From positions 1 through 64,000 of the IMG/VR virus record IMGVR_UViG_2551306709_000010: a stretch of DNA of 64,000 bases. One strand, 5' to 3'. This document shows positions 60,335-64,000 of this stretch, piece after piece; positions within the stretch are counted from its first letter, which is position 1, and each line of letters starts with the position of its first letter. Origin of the DNA: an uncultured virus (IMG/VR IMGVR_UViG_2551306709_000010) (Duplodnaviria > Heunggongvirae > Uroviricota > Caudoviricetes). Made by a program: the position numbers and the translations under genes. Under the pieces are notes generated by a model. It saw only the letters and a list, made by a program, of their open reading frames with translations, did no database searches and was not told the DNA's origin.

Positions 60335-60526
60335 ATGAAAAGATGTTATTCAGAGCATGAAGATTTATTAAAAAAGTATTATGCTAATTTTAATGAAAAA
60401 TTCATGGAAGCAGTTCCAGATGCTTGCTTGTATTATATAGATGAACCAGGATTAGAGGATAGTATTAAGAGAGAATTATCTAGAAATGAAATTATTAGTT
60501 TATATAAAGTTTTAATTGAACTATAA
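60335..60526 (+). CDS. Small hypothetical ORF, possibly a gene remnant
   Basis: 63 aa, weak RBS; an in-frame stop lies just upstream. Confidence 0.35.
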   Translation: MKRCYSEHEDLLKKYYANFNEKFMEAVPDACLYYIDEPGLEDSIKRELSRNEIISLYKVLIEL

Positions 60527-60591
60527 TTAAATTATTTTTTGACTTCTTATTCAATTTGAGTGATGAATACTCAAAAAGGAGTGATAAGGTA

Positions 60592-61101
60592 ATGACAGAT
60601 GAACAAAAAGAAAGAATTAAGCAGATGCGTCAACAAGGTATAGGATATAAAAAGATAGCAAATCAAATCGGCTTATCAAGAGATTCTGTAAGGGGATATT
60701 GTAGGAGACATGGTTTAGATGGCTTAGGTGAAGAGATAGCAATGCAGCATAAGATATTAATGCAAGAAGAATTCATATATGTACTTTGTCTTCAATGTGG
60801 CAAAGAAATCAAGCAGAATGCTACTGGGCGAAAGAGAAAATACTGCAGTATGGAATGTAAGAGAGTGTGGGACAAAACACATCGTAAAGCATTTGATCTA
60901 GAATGTGCATACTGTGGAAAAAAGTTTAAGTCTTTAGGTATTAAGCATCTTAAGTATTGTAGTAGAGATTGCTACATTAAAGATAGATTTTGGAGAAAAG
61001 AAGATGCTCAAGAAATTGCTGATAAAATTCTAGAGTTTAAAAAGGTTAACAAATTACCTAAGTGGCTTAAAAAATTATTGCTTGGAGATGAAGAAGAATA
61101 G
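60592..61101 (+). CDS. HTH + double zinc-finger protein (paralogue of 30842-31282)
   Basis: GIGYKKIANQIGLSRDSVRGYCRRHGL; CLQC..YCSMEC; CAYC..YCSRDCYIKDRFWR. Confidence 0.8.
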   Translation: MTDEQKERIKQMRQQGIGYKKIANQIGLSRDSVRGYCRRHGLDGLGEEIAMQHKILMQEEFIYVLCLQCGKEIKQNATGRKRKYCSMECKRVWDKTHRKAFDLECAYCGKKFKSLGIKHLKYCSRDCYIKDRFWRKEDAQEIADKILEFKKVNKLPKWLKKLLLGDEEE

Positions 61102-61275
61102 GTTTTTAGGGGGGCGAAGCTAGAGTATTTTTCAATATGCTAAATTAGAAAAGATAGCAACAGGGGTATTGCAAATCGAGTATTTGCCCCAATTTTAGCC
61201 TTACCCCCCTTACTATAAAAAGACCTAGAGGGTCACTAAGAAATATTTGCCAAATTGTATTTAGAGCTTGTCTAC

Positions 61276-61320
61276 ACACACATTGAGTGCGTAGTAAAGC
61301 TTAAAAGGAAACACAAGTAG
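61276..61320 (+). other. rlmD/rumA 3'-end-like fragment (probable right attachment site)
   Basis: Translates THIECVVKLKRKHK*, closely similar to scar 2 (HVETVVKLQRKHS*). Confidence 0.75.
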
Positions 61321-61523
61321 AAGCATTGGTATAACTGGGGTTAGAGAATAGTAAAAAGGGGATATGTTTCTTGATATGGGGTTAGGAAACAGTTCTTTTG
61401 TCAAAAATTATAGAAAATATAAAAAAATAGGGTTATAATATAATTGCATTGGTGTAGGCTGATGCAATTATTTTTTTAGTTATTTGTTTTGTTATACAAT
61501 TATGTGGATTGGGGATGAGAAAA

Positions 61524-64000
61524 TTGAAATCTAATTTTTGTTTTTTAGAAGAAAGATGGCCTTTGCTTACTTCCATTGGAAGTACAGCTGAAAAGTATAT
61601 TTATACAGATTCAAATTCTTGCTTGATAAAATTGGGTCAATTTGCTGAAGCGATTGTACATCTTATGTTTAAGTTAGATGGCATTAATGAGCCAGATAAA
61701 GAAAATACAAATGATAATAGGATAAAAATTCTAAAAAAAGAAGGATTAATTACTAAAGATATAGATGACATTCTTTTTGCTCTAAGAAAAACTCGTAATG
61801 TAGCTGTACATGATCTATACGAATCTATAGAAAAATCAAAGATACTTGTAGAATTTGCGTATAAGCTTGGGGTATGGTTTATGCAAACTTATGGTGATTG
61901 GAATTATGAACCTAAAAAGTTTGTTATACCTGAGGATACAAGTAAAGAAATAGATTTTGAAACAATTATTAAAGTACAGGAAGAAAAGATAAAGGAACTT
62001 AATGAAAAACTTCAAAGTAAATCAGCAAATTTTAGTGAAGATAATATATTAAATGGAAAAGTAATTTCAATAGCTGATAGAAGAAAAAGAAGTTATTCAT
62101 CTGCTGACAAAATAAATCTTTCAGAAAAGGAAACACGTTATTTAATAGATGAACAACTAAGAAAAGTTGGTTGGGAAGTTGATACTTTAAATATTAGGTA
62201 TTCAAAAGGAACACGACCACAAAAAGGAAGGAATTTAGCTATAGCAGAATGGCCAACTGATTCAACTGTTGGAAAAAGAGGAGCTGCTGACTATGTTTTA
62301 TTTGTTGGTACACAATTGGTAGGGGTTATTGAAGCAAAACGTCATTTTACTGATATACCTTCAGTTATTGATTATCAATGTAAAGATTACGCAAGGAATA
62401 TAAAAAAGGAAGATTCTAAATATCTTATTGGAAAATGGGAAGAATATTCTGTACCATTTTTGTTTGGAACTAATGGAAGGAAGTATTTAAAACAGCTTGA
62501 AACTAAATCAGGTATATGGTTTTTAGATGCTCGTAATTCTGCCAATATTCCAAAAGCACAACAAGGATGGCCAAGCCCAGATGGACTAATGGAATTGCTT
62601 GAAAAAGATATTAATAAAGCAGATGAAGAATTAAAAACTACAGGCTATGAACTTTTAACTGATAAAGATGGTCTTAATCTTAGAGAGTATCAAGTTAATG
62701 CCATTAAAGCAGTTGAAAAGGCAATTATTGATGGTGAAAGAAATGATAAAGGAGAAGTTGTTGATGGAAAGCAAAAGGTGCTTATATCCATGGCAACAGG
62801 AACTGGAAAAACAAGGACCATTTTAGGAATGATTTATCGTTTTATAATCACCAAAAGATTTAAAAGGATATTGTTCTTAGTAGATCGTACTTCACTTGGT
62901 GAGCAAGCACAAGATGTATTCAAAGAAGTAAAACTTGAAGATTTACAAACTCTTGATGAAATTTATAATATAAAGAAACTTGAAGATAAAGAAATAGATA
63001 AAGAGACAGTAATACATGTTGCTACAGTACAAAGTATGGTTAAAAGGATTATGTATAATGAAGGCGAAACAATGCCAGCAGTTACTGATTATGATTTGGT
63101 AATTATTGATGAAGCTCATAGAGGCTATATTCTAGATAAGGAAATGAGTGAAGATGAGCTTTTATATAGAAACCAAGATGATTATGTAAGTAAATACAAG
63201 ACTGTAATCGAATATTTTGATGCAGTAAAAATAGCACTTACTGCAACACCTGCTCTTCATACTACTCAGATATTTGGTAAACCTGTTTTTAACTATTCTT
63301 ATAGGGAAGCAGTAATAGATGGCTATTTAGTTGATCATGATGTACCACATAAGCTCGGCACAAAACTTAGCACAGAAGGAATTCACTATAATAAAGGAGA
63401 AACAGTTGCAATATATGATCCTGTTACGGGAGAAATTACCAATAGTAATGAATTAGAAGATGAATTAAACTTTGATATTGAAACATTTAATAGACGGGTT
63501 ATAACAGAACCATTTAATAGAACTGTCTTAGAAGAAATATCACGATATATCAATCCAGAAGGTGATGGAAAAACATTAATATATGCAGTTGATGATTCCC
63601 ATGCTGATCTTATAGTAAAAATATTAAAAGAAATATATGAGGAATATGGTGTTGATAACAATGCTATAATGAAAATTACAGGTTCAGTTGGCGGGGGAAA
63701 TAAGAAAAAGGTTTTAGAGGCTATAAAGAAATTTAAAAATGAAAAATATCCAAGTGTGGTAGTTACAGTAGATCTTCTAACAACTGGTATTGATATTCCA
63801 GAAATAAATACATTGGTATTTATGCGTAGAGTAAAATCAAGAATTCTTTATGAACAAATGAAAGGACGTGCTACACGTCTTTGTCCTAAAATAGGAAAAA
63901 CACATTTTGAAATATTTGATCCTGTTGGTGTTTGGGAATCCATAGAGCCATTAAGTACAATGAAACCAGTAGTAGCTAATAAAGCTGCTACCTTTGATGA
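61524..64000 (+). CDS. hsdR: Type I restriction enzyme R subunit (partial, runs off the window)
   Basis: KSNFCFL DUF4145-like start, ADYVLF..IEAK nuclease motif, MATGTGKT (62790), DEAHRG (63108), LTATP, QMKGRATR (63855), all in one frame. Confidence 0.9.
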   Translation, partial: MKSNFCFLEERWPLLTSIGSTAEKYIYTDSNSCLIKLGQFAEAIVHLMFKLDGINEPDKENTNDNRIKILKKEGLITKDIDDILFALRKTRNVAVHDLYESIEKSKILVEFAYKLGVWFMQTYGDWNYEPKKFVIPEDTSKEIDFETIIKVQEEKIKELNEKLQSKSANFSEDNILNGKVISIADRRKRSYSSADKINLSEKETRYLIDEQLRKVGWEVDTLNIRYSKGTRPQKGRNLAIAEWPTDSTVGKRGAADYVLFVGTQLVGVIEAKRHFTDIPSVIDYQCKDYARNIKKEDSKYLIGKWEEYSVPFLFGTNGRKYLKQLETKSGIWFLDARNSANIPKAQQGWPSPDGLMELLEKDINKADEELKTTGYELLTDKDGLNLREYQVNAIKAVEKAIIDGERNDKGEVVDGKQKVLISMATGTGKTRTILGMIYRFIITKRFKRILFLVDRTSLGEQAQDVFKEVKLEDLQTLDEIYNIKKLEDKEIDKETVIHVATVQSMVKRIMYNEGETMPAVTDYDLVIIDEAHRGYILDKEMSEDELLYRNQDDYVSKYKTVIEYFDAVKIALTATPALHTTQIFGKPVFNYSYREAVIDGYLVDHDVPHKLGTKLSTEGIHYNKGETVAIYDPVTGEITNSNELEDELNFDIETFNRRVITEPFNRTVLEEISRYINPEGDGKTLIYAVDDSHADLIVKILKEIYEEYGVDNNAIMKITGSVGGGNKKKVLEAIKKFKNEKYPSVVVTVDLLTTGIDIPEINTLVFMRRVKSRILYEQMKGRATRLCPKIGKTHFEIFDPVGVWESIEPLSTMKPVVANKAATFD

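Larger units (their letters stand above)
18928..61320 (+). mobile_element. Siphovirus-type prophage with two serine recombinases (left boundary uncertain; the integrated unit may start at about 9120-9410 and include the R-M block)
   Basis: Continuous regulation-replication-packaging-head-tail-lysis-recombinase gene order ending at an rlmD-tail repeat. Gene set resembles rumA-integrating phages such as Phi-m46.1. Confidence 0.9.

Overview
AT-rich, Clostridium-like chromosomal window (genus inferred from gene content) with essentially all real genes on the + strand. (1) 1-5489 is the late-regulator and moron region of one prophage (late activator, secreted Ig-domain protein, coiled-coil protein, SH3-NlpC/P60 hydrolase), cut by a 10-N scaffold gap. 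(2) 5894-9074 holds a TetM/EF-G-like GTPase and an HNH nuclease. (3) About 9.1-61.3 kb is a composite integrated island, bracketed by three copies of a sequence encoding the C-terminal tail of RlmD/RumA. Its left part is a defence block: a two-MTase, two-subunit restriction-modification system, a GIY-YIG/DUF4357 pseudogene, and a PD-(D/E)xK-RAMA-like nuclease split by an IS256 with an 8-bp target duplication. The rest is an apparently complete siphovirus-type prophage (ImmR/ImmA, PolA-VirE-SNF2 replication, HNH/cos, ParB-MTase, amidoligase, HK97-type head, tail, lysis, two large serine recombinases). Three morons sit inside its structural operon and an unknown cargo cassette follows the recombinases. 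(4) 61.5-64 kb is the start of a Type I R-M HsdR. Best leads: a three-gene degenerate-DUF262 / DUF262 / HEPN moron between terminase and portal; a four-copy promoter-like motif with sequence-variable but complementary hairpin arms; the rlmD-tail attachment scars; the heterodimeric REase; recurrent ATT start codons; and the unknown post-recombinase cassette. All family calls are from motif recognition by eye; no searches were run.
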